Shown: positions 1-14,740 of the stretch, one piece after another
Position numbering within the stretch: the first letter of the stretch is position 1
Layout: every line of letters begins with the position of its first letter
Source of the DNA: Eledone cirrhosa
Taxonomy: Eukaryota
NCBI GenBank assembly: GCA_964016885.1
Contig: OZ024745.1
Location: 54,684,001-54,748,000 of the forward strand
Direction: 5' to 3'
DNA length: 64,000 nucleotides
Program-made: the position numbers and the translations under genes
Notes under the pieces: generated by a model
Told to the model about the DNA's origin: nothing
The model's input: only the letters and a program-made list of their open reading frames with translations
The model's database searches: none

Positions 1-119
1 TTGTGTACGGATTAATTGTGATATATAGAAACCAGGCAATGTGGGAATCGGACTCCACCAAGGGTCCTTACTGTTATCTTTCCTGTTTATACGAACAAGA
101 TTGACATGTACTACTGGGT

Positions 120-890
120 TGGAAGTTGTATCACGACTTGCGTGTGTAAAATCAGTCGCTGGTAATTGACTCGACAGAAGGTGCTGCGAAAACTGAGACA
201 CAATTCGTATCATGTAAGCCTACACAGTTCACTCTACCTGTGAATAGAGCTCCACTGCAGCAAGTAGAGAGCTACAAGTATCTTGGAGCTGAGTTCACGA
301 GTGATGGATGGATGGATGCTGAGTTAATTGTAAAAATTGCAGCAGCTAGTGCAGTAATGCCCCATTTCAGCTCTCGCTAATTAAAAGAAGGGAGGTAAGC
401 GTAAACGCCAAACTCACTATCTTTAATTTGAGATTCATGTCAACCCTTTCCTATGGTCATGAATCTTGGGTAGTGATAAAAATAATACGATCGGGAATAC
501 AAGCGGCCGAAATGGGGTTCCTCCGAAGTAACGTTATTCGATAGAGTGAGTAGCTTGGAGATCAGAGAGTCACCCCCTACTTCTCCGAATTGAGAGATCA
601 CAGCTCCGATACTATGGGCATATCTCCCATAGAATATCTCAGGAAAGAATTGCTGGTCAGATTTTACGGGAAAAACCAATCGGCAGGTTACCCAGGTGGA
701 TGGTTAGATAACTTCCATGAGATTGGTTGGTCTTGCTTGAGGAAACAGCCGGATCTGCTGGAGACAGTTGCTTTTGACAGGACCCGCTTGAAGGACTGTT
801 TGCAGACTCTGCCTCCACGAAGAAGAAGAAGAAGAAGAAGAAGAAGAAGAAGAAGAAGAAGAAGAAGAAGAAGAAGAAGAAGAAGAAGAA
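120..890 (+). mobile_element. RTE-clade LINE, decayed 3' fragment with (GAA)n tail
   Basis: Broken frames give LQQVESYKYLGAEFTSDG, TLSYGHESWV, IERSQLRYYGH (RTE C-terminal motifs); ends in (GAA)n at 819-890. Confidence 0.85.
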
Positions 891-892
891 AG

Positions 893-1272
893 GAAAGTCT
901 ATTAAATCGACCCCAGTACGTAACAAGTACTTTATTTTATTGATCCCTTAAGGGTGAAAGACAAGGTAACCTCAGCGTGATTTGTTTGAACTCCGAAAGT
1001 AAAGGGCTGCAACACTATGCTGTAAAGCATGTTGTCTGAATCTGTATCGCTACTGCAAAAATCCCCCACCCTTATAATAATAATAATAATTGTTTCTACT
1101 TTTGGAACAAGGCCAGCAATTATCCAGTACATTACTGGTACTTTATTTTATCGATCCCGTAAGGATGAAAGGCAAAGTTAACCTCGTCGGGATTTGAAAT
1201 CAGATCATAAAGGGACGTAACTCTATGCTTCAAAGAATGTTATCCGACGCTCTCTTGATGCTGCCATTCCAC
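893..1272 (-). mobile_element. Two adjacent copies of the tRNA-type SINE (about 893-1073 and 1074-1272)
   Basis: Reverse complement of the SINE consensus best seen at 39654-39843; second copy has an (ATT)n tail. Confidence 0.85.
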
Positions 1273-1369
1273 ACTGATTTCTTTTATTAGCTACAGCGTC
1301 GCAAGATATTGGAGACCACAGTAGGAGAAAAAAAACCCAGGGGAAAATGGACATAACCAACATAAAAAC

Positions 1370-1370
<1 letters not shown>

Positions 1371-1412
<42 letters not shown>
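1371..1412. repeat. (TAG)n microsatellite
   Basis: Direct reading. Confidence 0.95.
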
Positions 1413-2504
1413 AGGTTAACAAAAAGAATGAGAATATAGGAATATAAAGGATATTTTACAATATCACATTACACGTTATGCTTACGTAATTCTATGTATG
1501 TTGTACAGGAGTGGATCTCATATACGATCTTCGATAATATTCTCATCTTTATTTTAGTGGTATGAGATTCAGAACTTTTGTCAAAAGTCGATTATAATTC
1601 ACGAATAGCAAGCATATATATTCTTGATAGATTGATTGATAGTCGACCTCGTTATCTACGTGAAAAATTGTATACTTTGAACCGGAAATTAAACATGCAA
1701 TAGTAAACGATAATAATTTTCTTTCTTTATGTCTTTAGAAATTTTAAATTTACAATGTTTAGTATTTTCATTTATATCTTGCTAAAATTTTCTTGTGAAA
1801 TTTCTCATTGAATTTGTTCGGGGGTTTCTTATCGATGTGTTATTTTATCAATAGTTTATTTTCGTTTCTTTCTTTCAAATATCGTACATGTGTTTGTTTC
1901 TGGAGAGTTCATTGTTATAGATCTTATTGAAACGTATCCAATGTTTGCCCGTAAAGGGTTTATTATTCTAACTTTCAACGAATATGCAAGAAAACGAAGC
2001 ACACTTTAACTCACATGTCACCTGAGAAATAATGATTGATCATGGAGATATATGAAAAATTTCTGACAAAATTTTGTCTTTTTAATTTATAGTGAGTGTA
2101 CGAATCCCAAGACTTTAATTACATTCGGTAGGAATATGTTGTATCTCCTGTTATGTTTTTGTTACTATATTATGCACAAGACATATGATGTATTACTATA
2201 GAATATAGTTTCTTTGGCATTGCATGCACCAGAACGCTACATGCATTGATATTTCTCCTAGTGGAATCTAAAATTAAATACATAAATAATACATGAGTGT
2301 AGATATTACTCTTAAGCAGTAAGATGTTTAACGAAGCTGATATATATGTACAGCGGTCTCAGTGGCTTTCTGATTGATCGTACTTTCATAATACAACATT
2401 AAGAAAAATATAGTTGCTAAATCAAAAGTTTCTTATTTTAGGGGCTAAAATGAAAAGAGATAACAATAAAAACTATAACAACAGCAACAACATGAACAAC
2501 GATA

Positions 2505-2694
2505 AGGATTTGGGGGAGGGGAAAGTCGATTAAATAGAGCCCAGTACGTTACTGGTGCTTTACTTTATCGACCCCGTAAGGATGAAAAGGAAAGCTAACT
2601 CGGTGGGATTTGAACTCAGAGCGTAAAGTGCCATAACTCTATGCTTCAAAGCATGGTATCTGACGCTCTACCGATACTGTCAATCTGCCTCCCT
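2505..2694 (-). mobile_element. SINE copy, long subfamily with gtcgatttaatcgac-type hairpin
   Basis: Matches SINE core and A/B boxes on minus strand. Confidence 0.85.
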
Positions 2695-2989
2695 TAATAA
2701 TGATAATAAAATGATAAAATATAACTTTTTAGCAGAAAGTGATTTCACATAAAATAAAATTAAAATGATAAACGTATGTGCAGCTGCGAAAAGTCATGTG
2801 CGTCAACAATGCAACATTAGGTTAAATCTGGAAAGTGTCAAGGCAAACGTAAATAATGTAACACATTGAAAAGACCCCCGTCTTGATGGGAAGCAAGAAC
2901 ACTGTCTGAAAAACACACACAAGCTTATTGAATGGGAGAATAACTATTCAAATTGATACTAGGCGGATGTAGGGATTCTCACATGGAAA

Positions 2990-4770
2990 CAAGCAAAGAG
3001 CCCGAAAAAGATCTATGATGAAGTCAATGTAACGTTCGATGTAGTTAAGAATGAATCCTATATACTGATGCACGACTTCAATCTCATGTTTGCACTGACC
3101 TCCTAACATAGAAAGAAGCGATTGGAAGGAACGGTGACCCATATCTAAATACGAATGGAGAGGCCTTGGTAGACGCCAGTTCTAGCAATGGACTCCCTTT
3201 ACAAACACCTTCTTCCAATACAGATACATCCATAGATATACATGGTTTTGGGGGAATCAGGAACAGAGACCAATAATTGATTTTGTTAATGTCACTGATC
3301 TCTTTGATTCTGTGCTGGGTGTTCGTGTTAAGAGAAGGGCTGAAATGTGAACTGATCACCATCAAGTTATATGCAAATTGAGACTACCTACAGACAAATA
3401 AGCCCACACAACAGGCAGGTTCATGTCGAAGTATGGACCATGTATGGAGATGCTATTGCATACAAATTCATAGAACTCCCTGAGCAACCTGAAAACGCTG
3501 AGAAAAAGAGGAGATCGTGCCGCTCAGCAGTGTCTGAATCAACGTTTAAATGTTGCGAGCGAAAGAGACTTGGTGTTGCGCCGGATGGCAAGGGTACCAC
3601 TTGGTTCAATAAAGAAGGAGGCCCACGAGCTTGTCTTGGAAATACGCCCTCTTTGCACTTGCGGTACAAGCAGGCACGAAGAATTGCAGCGGAGAAAGTA
3701 AATGCGTCCACACTTAAGGCATGGGAGGGTTTTGAGGTTAAGGTGGAATCCAACATCAGATCAGCAAATAAAGTGTTCTGGCCGACTATCCGCCGACTTC
3801 GTAATAAGAAGTTCTCCTCCAGACCTACTAAGAGGAATGCGTCTGGGCTTCTCTTCTCTTCAGAGGTGCACCCTCGTGGGCTGGAGAGGATACTTTGATG
3901 ATCTCCTAAACCCGATCACAAGAACATCGAAAAAGCATATGTCCTCATTCCTCAGGACCTGCTTGCATGGCTTTACATAACTATGGGATTGATGGTCACC
4001 TTCTTGTTGCTCTGATGTCTCTATACGAATGCCCGAGTATTTGTGTTCTGATAAATGGTGCTAAACCGGAACCAGTCAATGTGAGAGTTCGACTCCGCTA
4101 AGGATTCCTACCGTCATCTCTCCTGTTTTTTTAAATTATTTTAATGAAGAGGATTGTCATCGGTAGCCAGGCTGGAAGTGTCATCACGACAGACAGGTAT
4201 AAAATCAGTCGGCATATCTCAGCAGAAAGTAATCTCCTACTTGCACTTCATAGGTTTCATGCCGAGTGCCGCATGGCTGGAATGAAAATCAGTTCTACGA
4301 GAACTGAGATATTTGTCCACTCAAGGAATCTTGCGTAGATCACTATACACGTGAATGAATTTCCACTGAAGCAGGTTTAGAGGTTCAAATATCGAGTGAT
4401 GGAAGGCAAGAGGCTGAATTATGTACAAGAGCTGATTAATGTCTGAAAGTATACAATCGCGAAAATAAGCGGTCTAAATGAGTGTCCTCCACAGGGTCTT
4501 TGGAGTAATGTTACTCGATAGATTGTTTAGCTTGCTGATCAGAAAGTCACTCCAGGTAGAGCCGCTACTTCGCAGAATCGAAAGATCACAGCTCCGATAC
4601 TATGGCGATGTGGTTAGAATGTCTCAGGAAGGAATCGAACGAAGGAATGTCTCAGGAAGCAAGATGGTTGGTTAACATCCATGAGCTTGGGTATCCAACA
4701 GGATCAATAGGAGATGGTTGCCTTTGATAGGACACGCTAGAAGGAGTATTCTGACCCCACAACCCTCTGT
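2990..4770 (+). mobile_element. RTE-clade LINE, heavily decayed and internally deleted
   Basis: End of AP-endonuclease (TDHHQVICKL), linker (KAWEGF...SANKVFWPTIRRLR), RT remnant (AGMKISSTRTE) and C-terminus (EPLLRRIERSQLRYYG). Confidence 0.8.
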
Positions 4771-5029
4771 GATCCACCTTATGATAGTACTATCGCTTGT
4801 TAATAAAAACTGGTCAAGCAACAACGATAATTGCGGAATACATTTGGCTAGTACAACAGACGAAATAAAATCCGCGTATCGAAACCAGTGTCAAAAATAT
4901 GGAGGAGAGAGAGTTTCGAACATCTAGTGTTATAAACAGCGCCCACGTAAAATGGCTTATACAAACCCTTTTACAATATTTTAAAGCATAATAAACATAT
5001 ATTTATTCATATAGTTTATGCAAAGTCAC

Positions 5030-7050
5030 TATTCTTGTAAGCTTGACCAGATTGTATTTATAAGAGATAGTAATATCATAATGGGATTCAGAAGAAAGGT
5101 ATTTATCAACTCATATACAATATCATTACGTATATAAACTTACGTTTATCCCATCATGTTCCAGCAAATAGGTTTAAAGAGCTAGTGATTAAACCAGTCC
5201 AGAAATAAACGAGACAAATGTATGTATTCGATGCTTAAATCTCAAATTATTGTTTAAATATTCAAGCCTCACTTATAGAATCTAGCAAATAATATTTAAT
5301 AGTATACTGGAAATCTAGAAAACAACGCATGCTTGACTCACAGAAAAATTTATTATTTCAATAGCAAATACTAGAGCAACATAAGACCATAAATATTACA
5401 GTTTATTAACATACCTTCTCACAATTTATAAAGCCTCAGCTAGAATAATACCACAAATGGTAGATACAGGAAAACCGATATTTTAGAAACCACGTAGGTG
5501 CTTATCTGATTTCTAAGAACGGTTACTGTTAAATGTAGCCACAAGGGAAGTAAGTAAGAGAAAGATTCTAAATACGGTATGAATTAATTTCATGGAATTT
5601 TTTGACAGTCTCCTTCACATATGTCTCCTAGAAACATTAGGCGAGAGAAATATAAAACTAATAACAAATTACGTAAGTAAATGTAAAACAGATCTGAGGA
5701 TACACAAGGAAATTTAAACATTAATCCCAACACTATGAAAATAAAATATATCAAGGTGCCTCCTTTCTCTATTCCTTTTACTGCATGGCAAATAAAGATT
5801 TAAAGATAATGTTAAACATTATAGGAAGAGGATTTAAATGCTATGAGAGGATCTTTAACCATTGTCTGTATTCAGACGAGCTCATATTGTACGCCGCGGG
5901 TGATAAACAATTACAAATATTATTACAGAATGTACACGGAATTACTATAGATGTGAATTCAGATTACAAAAATGGCCGAAAGCAAACTTGAAATGTGAAA
6001 ATCTAATTAAAAACAATAATATCGTGTTGGATAAAGAAAGTGATAGCAACGAATTAGATGAAACACAGGCTTCCAAATATTTGGAATAAATAAACAAAAT
6101 CGAAGAAAAATGAAAGAATATTATTGTAATTTTAGTTTCATAATTAAAGCGCACCTAAATCAAGGAAAAATTGTAATAAGCATCATTACACACCCTGTAA
6201 AAACAGTAATTTATTAGTAAAACATTTTCAATTAATGCTAAACGAACTAGCTTGACTAGAAGAAAAAAAACAACTAGGATTGCATTTAGAATACACCACA
6301 CATAGAAAGTTATATTTATAATACATACAAGAAGTAGGGCTTTTTGCAGCTAAAAATATTTTGCGAGATATTTACTGTAAGAATGCAAAAAAAAAAAAAA
6401 AGGAAGAATATCGAGTAAAATTAGAAATGTTAAATACCGCAGGTGTATTTACTGCAAAAATAAACAGTATTGTGTCAAAATGTGTTACATTAGCTCTAAC
6501 ATAATATCTTTGTAGATTTAATAGCATAGAAAAACTGTTTGATAAACAAGTAGAAATCCAGTTCCACTTGTTTTAAAGGAGGCTTGCCCTAGATTCACGT
6601 GTGAATCTGCATAATTTATGATATGACAAAGTAAATATACTAGAGAGCTTTAATATACAATCAGTCCCCCAAATAACACGTACCAATGTTACCTAGTTTG
6701 CCATGATTAAAATTAAAATGGCGTGCACATTATGGATACAGCATTACATAGGGTCTCCAATGGTCAGCGAATAATTTCTGAAACATTAAAGTTACATTGA
6801 GGAAAATATATTGAGGTAGTAACATCCCATCTATAACTGGTAGAAATGAAATAATACTCAACCGCTTGTTTACAAATATCGACAGTTTACATGTGAAGGT
6901 AAGCACAGTCACGAGATAATAACTGTACCATCATCTGCAAATATCATTAAATACAATTGTAACTTTTCTAAGGTGTGCGTATATTTTCAAGAAATATTGC
7001 ATTTGGTATATTGCTAAAATAGGAATATAAAAAAAAAAATATTTGTAATA
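5030..7050 (+). mobile_element. Very decayed R4/Dong-like non-LTR element
   Basis: NHCLYSDELILYA resembles HLFYMDDLKLFA of the 47690-50910 copy; SKYLE resembles HKYLG; boundaries approximate. Confidence 0.55.
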
Positions 7051-7114
7051 TGGATAATGATGGTAATGATAATGATAATGATGTTGGTGATAATGATGAT
7101 AATGAGGATTATGA

Positions 7115-8930
7115 TAATAAAGTTAATCTTTGCCCTTTTGAAAGGTTTCTCAAGCAATCAGTTGCTAGGTGAAACGTGCTAATTTAATCAGATCAATCAC
7201 TGATCTTCGAGGCTCAATATATCCCGTGGGGTTCTGGCAGTGTTAGTGATGGGAGAAATTTATACACTGCCTGTGAAGTCGGAGATGCTGAGGCTTTCGA
7301 TGAAAAACGTAAGACGTCTAGGGACCGTGCGAAGCGCTCCAATGATGATTGGCAGGACTTCTGTCACTACATGGTGCCGAGCTCTAATAGCGCCTGCAAC
7401 GTCGGCACAATTATTTGTCTTTTTCATCTCCTTTTCAGCAACATTGTGGTCTTGACGGATAGCAATCTCATTTAGATTTAATTTTGGTGGGTTGTTGTTT
7501 GTACAACAATATCAAAACGGATGAGTTGGACTTTGTTTGTAGTCTTGATTTCAGGATCTTAAAATAACACTACTTTCTCATCTGATAGGCCGAATTCAAG
7601 AATAGTATGTCAGTACCACTGCCATTTCGTTTCTATGTTGTTTTTTTTTTTGCAGAACCTCCAATAGATTCTTTTTGTTATAAGATCATCCAATATTTTA
7701 TAACGTCGTTTTGTTAATTGTTCACATCAACTAGCAATATATGCCACATTTTCGTCTGCAGAGTGGGGAGCAGTTTTGTCCTTTGATGTTAGCATTGGCC
7801 CAATTGGTCCAGAGTGCATAGTCCTCTGCGGCAATAATAATAGCTTCAGTTCGCTTTTTAAGCTAACTTGATCTAAGCCAAAGTAATGACCTAGTAGCAA
7901 CAATCTCTTAAGTGGCAGCTGAAAATGTCATCTATAATCATTTGATGTTTCCTTCGAATTCTTTATTTTACCGAAGAAGCGTTTGCAATTTTATAAGTGT
8001 TTTATTTGGCTTGTTTTTGCTGCTATGCTTCTTTCAGCTTTTCATTTGCTACCAAGTGTCTTTTTGTCTATTTACGTTATATCATTTTTTTATTTAGGGG
8101 CGGTGAATTGGCAGTATCGGTAGAGGGTTGGACGCCATGCTTTCTAGCATAGTTACGCCGAGGTTAACTTTGCCTTTCATCCTTACGGGGTCGATAAAAT
8201 AAAGTACCAGTAATGTACTGGGTATTTGCTGGCCTTGTGCCTAAAGTAGAAACAATTATTTTTTTTTATTTAGAACCTTTCTTTGATTTTCATGTTAAAT
8301 TTCTCAGATGTCAGGAAAAGAGAGCCAACATTCTATGTAACTCTGCACAGAGGACTTGGTAAGGTATGGTAGTAGATGTTGAGTCAGGCATAGAGGATGG
8401 AGAAAACAAATTAATGGATGATGACCAAGTGTCGTCACCGTTTGATTGCCATGTCTGTATAATGAAGCTGTAGTCCTAGATGAAGGAAAGTCTAACAGAG
8501 CTTACATGGATTCTAGAATGCTGCCAAACGCTCACATTCGGGTGACACAATTGGTGCAACATCATCTTATGAAAAGCGGTATGTCGGTCATAAATGTTAC
8601 ATATATAATGGAACCTACTATCAATCGAATCCATCGTGGTGTCCACCGCTATAGTTTTTATTGGACGTGATTTCTCTCTCTTGGAGCGCTGTAAATGTGA
8701 TTGTGTTGGGGATAGGATTAAAATAATTAACAACAAATAGATTCCACTTCTTCTAATTTCCATCAACATCTTAAAATGTCATTTGACAAGAAATAAATTG
8801 GTGGAGATCGAGGTAGTGCTTTCCGGTGAACATGCCGAAAGACGGAATGATTGGTCAGAGTGAACTGAGTGGCTTAGATAAATGTAACTAATCTCAACCT
8901 GTGCTGATAGGATGGAGAACAAAATGCGAA
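7115..8930 (-). mobile_element. Decayed R4/Dong-like element, 3' half, interrupted by a SINE
   Basis: Minus strand gives EVLPIIIGALRTVPRRL...TARTPRDIL (RLE C-terminus), LKSETEAII-like motif and HHLMEIRRSG; 3' end abuts the (TGA/TAA)n tract. Confidence 0.7.
8097..8260 (+). mobile_element. SINE copy with internal deletion removing the B box
   Basis: gggcggtgaattggcagtatcgg...gcatagttac joined directly to gccgaggttaac; flanked by imperfect TSD at(c/t)att(T)n-atttag. Confidence 0.9.
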
Positions 8931-9597
8931 GGAGCATCTTCTCAGCACTGAGATTATATTATTAAGAGTGGCTGCCTATTGCACTCTTAAAATATTACAT
9001 GTAATATTATTTTTATACATGTGTTTCATCATCAACGTTTTCTGTGTAAAGTCATATAACTTTTTCTTATATTTGCAAAGTTGCTGATCATCTTACCTCG
9101 CATATTTTGTAAATAGAGAAAATTGGATTCATGTTATTAATCACATCCTTTTATCAGTGTTGTTATTATCTAAAATGCATTTAGACATAATATTTCCATA
9201 TTCTCCATAACTTCTGTAACATTTACTTTTGAAAGTATATGTATTTTCTTTTATTCCAGGTCCAAATAACATATATATTGTATATATTAAATTTGGGAGA
9301 ATTTGATTAGCTAATCATTGTTCCGCAATGAGAGACATGCTTATTGATTTGAAACACATAAAGAAACATTGCATTCTGTGGTCTCAATTTCATTATGCTT
9401 CTCCGCTACAGAGGTAAAGAACAAAATCTATCATATTCTATACATACGAAGATAAATAGATAGACAGATACATACATACATAAAATGAATACAAACGTAC
9501 ATACATATATAAATACATACATATATACATGCATATATAGATGCATTCATTCACTCATATATACATACATATATACATGCTTACACAGACACGTGCG

Positions 9598-9630
<33 letters not shown>

Positions 9631-9777
9631 GAGATAAACACAGATATATACATATATGTGTTCAAATCGTAAGGGACCAGATTCGTTAAGGTGAAAAATC
9701 TCTTTCCTAGAGCTATTTTATTGTAAGAGACTATTTTGAGTTTCTAACTCAATATATATTTTGATGCATACATACAT

Positions 9778-9844
<67 letters not shown>

Positions 9845-10211
9845 AATATATATACATATATACATATATAAATATATACATCCTCAAACTGGGTAACTGA
9901 ACACAAACGTCATTTCTCTCCAAAATTGTTTTACTTTTCCGTTTCTTCCCCTTTCAATACCATCTATTCTTTTACTTCTTTTATTTGTCACTCTACATTT
10001 TGATGAAATATTAACGAACGAAACGAAATGTTATGACACTTTTCCTGTTATATGAAGCGCTAAACTAATATATATGTTCATTGTACTGTGTTGTTTTCTG
10101 TGTTATGTAACTGTTTACACACACACACACAGACACACACATACCGACAGACACACTCACACAAATAAAACATATATATATATTTAATATATATATAATA
10201 TATATATTTAG

Positions 10212-10238
<27 letters not shown>

Positions 10239-10242
<4 letters not shown>

Positions 10243-10376
10243 AAAAGAGTCAGGACACCGACGGCTGAGCTCGTTTCTTCTGCTAGCTGCCGAAACGGCC
10301 GGAGCTCAGCTGTCAAGGTCCTGACTCTTTTCATATTACCCACTCTACTATCATAAGTATTGAGTACTCTGGTGCG

Positions 10377-10380
<4 letters not shown>
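10239..10380. mobile_element. PLE pseudo-LTR remnant as inverted pair containing the 3' half of a hammerhead
   Basis: Inverted arms tatgaaaagagtcaggac / gtcctgactcttttcata; GAAAcggc...gctgTC motif; flanked by (TA)n; related copies at 19680-19735 and 22455-22510. Confidence 0.6.
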
Positions 10381-10420
<40 letters not shown>

Positions 10421-10589
10421 GTGCATGTGTGGTTTGACTAAACTAAAATAGAAATATTTCAGTCATACTATATATCTATTGGACATTTTTCAAGGAAATT
10501 CATATTCCTAATCAGTTTGATGCGGATCTTGGTAAATAAAATGCCCTATCGAGAAGAAGGATCAAAGGCTTGCAGACTAATTTTTTACT

Positions 10590-10602
<13 letters not shown>

Positions 10603-10675
<73 letters not shown>
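10603..10675. repeat. (AG)n microsatellite
   Basis: Direct reading. Confidence 0.95.
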
Positions 10676-10679
<4 letters not shown>

Positions 10680-11388
10680 GAGAAATGTAGAAAAAAAGAC
10701 ATTAATTTGTCAAGAAAATTGTTTCTCTCTCATTCAAAATTATAATTATTTTTTAAAAGCCACTTTTATCTCTTATCACAAACAACTATTTCTTTCGGTG
10801 TTTTCCGTAAACTCGATGCCCTTTTACGAATTATTCTCATTCTATATCTTAGGGTCTGACGTGATTTGAATTTTTCATCACTAATACCTACGCCAGATTC
10901 AGTAAACATCGCTAAAAACATGCAGTGTCTACCAAACTTCACTTTCTGAATTTGTACACATATGAGAAAGGGGAAATTTTACATACTGGTAAACGGAAAC
11001 CAACTAAACACAAACTATTTAAATACCTTTTCTCTTATTCTGTATGAAATAGTGTGTAAATGGTATAAGTAAGAAATGGTAGAAGCAGGATATCTCAAAT
11101 TGTCTCAATATGCGAAGGGACGTAGTGGATAATACTGCCAAGGTTAAATTACGCCTGAGTAAATAATTTGAATCGGGTCCATCCTGGATTTAAACAACTA
11201 TTACAAGGATAACAAGAATAACAACGATTACAGCTTGTGTCGTTTATAGAATTTAATATATATAGCATATATAAGAAGTCTTAAAGCCATAAGTGTCTTG
11301 AAATAACTGTCTCAAACTATTCGGAAACAAAGCAAAGTAATTACAAGAATTACAAAAGCTACATACATTTCTTACTGTTTCATTCTCT

Positions 11389-11452
<64 letters not shown>

Positions 11453-14400
11453 CTGTCTAGTACACTTATAAAGATAATTATATATATATACTCTCACGGA
11501 AACGCAAATTTCAAGAAGAAAATGTTCACTGAAATGTGATGTTGTTCCTCCTGGTGTGAACTAGGAATTACTAAACTGTTTCTTGCAAAATTGCACCACG
11601 CAGTTCCATTAGTTTGTGACATTTTACTGAAAGTCAATAAAACCAATTTGACTTCTCTAAGAGCTAAAATCTCTTTCATCATATATTGTAAATGGAAAGA
11701 ACATTTCTTTTCTTTTTTAAATTCTGATATTTTAATATTATTTTTGAACGTATCTAAGATTAAACGTAATCTTTCATGATAAATTTGCAAACACATTTAT
11801 AATCATATCCCATGTAACTGAACTTTTTATATTATTGAAAATATATGTGTTGAGGTAATATATCTGTTAACTAAATGAGTGTGTGACCAGGTTACACTAT
11901 CTTGTTTACGATGCCTATCCACATTTTCTTGCTTATTATCGTTGAGGGATGTGTGAATGCCGGAAATGTTCATCTGTATATACTAAGCTACTATTTTTTC
12001 TCTATTCACATTTTCTCATGTTATGAAGAATCTCCTGCATATTTGTGTCATCCTATACATTCCACTTTGAACAGTTTAGAAATATCAATTATATTCATCA
12101 TATGTTGCAATCCTATCTGATCCAAACTGCCTTATCTCACTTCTCTGGAAAACATTGTTTATCCAAACGATATCTTTACATTACTCTTATCTGTTAATCT
12201 GCGTTGTTATCTCTGTTATAATTTTTAGATTAAAAAAGTAATTCATTAGAATATTTAAGGTTAATGTCTCACTAGATTTGGGTATGAATAAAAATCATGT
12301 GATTACTGGATAAATATTGTGGATGAAAATTAAACATCATCTTTGTATGGATATAAATAAGATGCGTTACAGAAACATCATTTAGTTGAGGAGAAACGTA
12401 ATAATAGAAAAAAGCGTAATGAAGGTAACCGTACGATATAAGATGAAAACCTTTAGGAAAGATATATTTTCTCCGACCTGTACACCAGTGATGTTTGTGT
12501 CAATATTCAATCACTTCAGTAGCGACCGTTGATTTAATTTGCGAGAGATCACATCTGATTGGAAGGGAATAGAGTTACTGGGGAAAGACAGAAACAGAGT
12601 TACTTTGATTAAAAACGATTTAACAATCTTTTTTGCAAGACCTGATCTTATCGTTCCACCACGGCAACCACTGGAAGTTGTTTCAATCACAAAATACATC
12701 TAACTTTCTATTAAGATGCATCCCAAGAGATGCATTGCTGTTTAATTTGGCCACTACAATTTCATCGCCAATCCTTTTAGAAGGAAGTAGAAAACAATAC
12801 TTCAGTTCTACGATGCTCGGCATAAAGCTTTATGCTTTTAACATATGCCGTTTTAATTAATCTTTTCTGGTTCTTTTAACAATTTCTTTTCGATCATTTT
12901 AGAAATTAAATACAATACAAAAAAACAATAATGATATTAATAATAGAACCAGAAACACAATTCAAATAACAATATCATTAATAACAACAATAACATGTGA
13001 ACTTGTATTTTGCTTTTTGTACGCCGTCGAACTGTTCAAAAGCTTTAGAGAGCAGAAAATTTAATGGAAACTGTTTTCATATTAAAGATTAGGTTTCGAA
13101 GAGCAATTTTTAAACCAATTCCCACATGGAAAACCTGAAGACGATTTTGTAATGAACGTTTTGCTATTTGTTTTGTTTTCTGTATTTTCTCTATTTTCCG
13201 ACAATATTTTTTTGTGTGTTTCAAATATTTCGGCATTAATTAAGTGACAAAGAATAATCTGATGTTATTCTTCTCTTCTAAACTATTTTCATTATATAAT
13301 TCCAGAAATAAAGCAAGAAGTAAATGGAATTTTAGTACTGGAGTTGCTTTGTCCCAGTAACAGCAGTGAAAGAAAATATGATAAAATTAGGAAGTGAAGC
13401 TGTATTTAGTCCTTTCAGCAATATTGCATATCAAAGACCACCTTATCAATATCACATTTGCTCTCTCCCACCTCGATTGAATTAAGAATTGAATATCCAT
13501 GATATAAATCTTCACTTTTGTAATGTACGATAAATAGAGATAGGAATATGAAGGGGAACAATTTCAAAAGTAAATAAAGTATAAGATATGGAGGTGTTTC
13601 TTCACAGAATGTTAAACTTAAAATATAAAGTGAGAAAAAGAAATTAGCGATACCATAAAGTAATATGACGTAAATACTTCGTTGTGTGGGTTTCATAAGC
13701 CCTAAGCATGTACAGACATATATTTGTACGAGCTGAAATGATTAAATAATATTGTTCAATGTTAAATTTTCCTCCTCTCATCTATATCGATGTTTGCAGC
13801 TCAATATTTCAACACCAACTTCAGTATCGTACATAGGTGGTTCTGATTTTTAAACTGTTACAAAGGCAAGTGATGAGGAAATAAAAACCTAGTTTTCACA
13901 CTTGATTTTAGTTGTTCCTTTTTGGCTTTAGTAGGATTTTGATAGAACAAATAGTTTACCGAAATGCTCCCAGTTATGACCATATTGCATTTTAAAGACT
14001 ATTTCGGAATAAGCGCTGACTTTGTTCTCCTTATGTAACTCTTACTCTCTCTTTCGATCTCTTTCTCTCTATCCATCTACGACTCTATCTCTCTACAAAT
14101 ACATTATATATCGCCAATCCTTCTATCGCTCTAAATATCTATATATCGATATACTTTATTGTCTATTTATTCATATATCTATCAATCTAGCTATTACTCT
14201 AGCTATTAATATATCTATATATGTTCAACTATTCCCTCAATCATGCTCTCATTACAGTATTGCGTACTCTTAATTGTTATATCGTAAAAAATGTTATCTC
14301 ATAAACAACCTGCTAGAAATATTTAACAAACCATTTCAAAATCGCACTCTATTGTTTTAAAAAGCGAATAATAATGTACTCATGCATAAACATTGTCTGA

Positions 14401-14740
14401 AATATGTTGTATGATTACTGCTCCAGTACGTTTAATCATATGTTTGTGTGATCATGTCAAATTTGTTAAACAATGAATCAGATAAATGCATTGGTACGTA
14501 GAAGTGTTGAATCCATATCACAATCCATGTCTTAATCCATATCACGCGATCTTTAGATGTTTACGGTGGAATTATCTCCCTTGCAAGCCTGCTGAGCAGT
14601 TACATTAAGTTTGATAATTATTCCTTAGTCTTCTACCACCAGTCTTAAAGTATCTAAAAAGAAATTGCTGCGTCCTATCACCGACCTAGCAGCAAAACGA
14701 TAACAAAACTATATCTATGATCTTCAACAACAACAACATC

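Noticed and set aside
590-943. Poly-Arg ORF resembling a protamine
   Set aside because: It is the (GAA)n tail of an RTE read in frame
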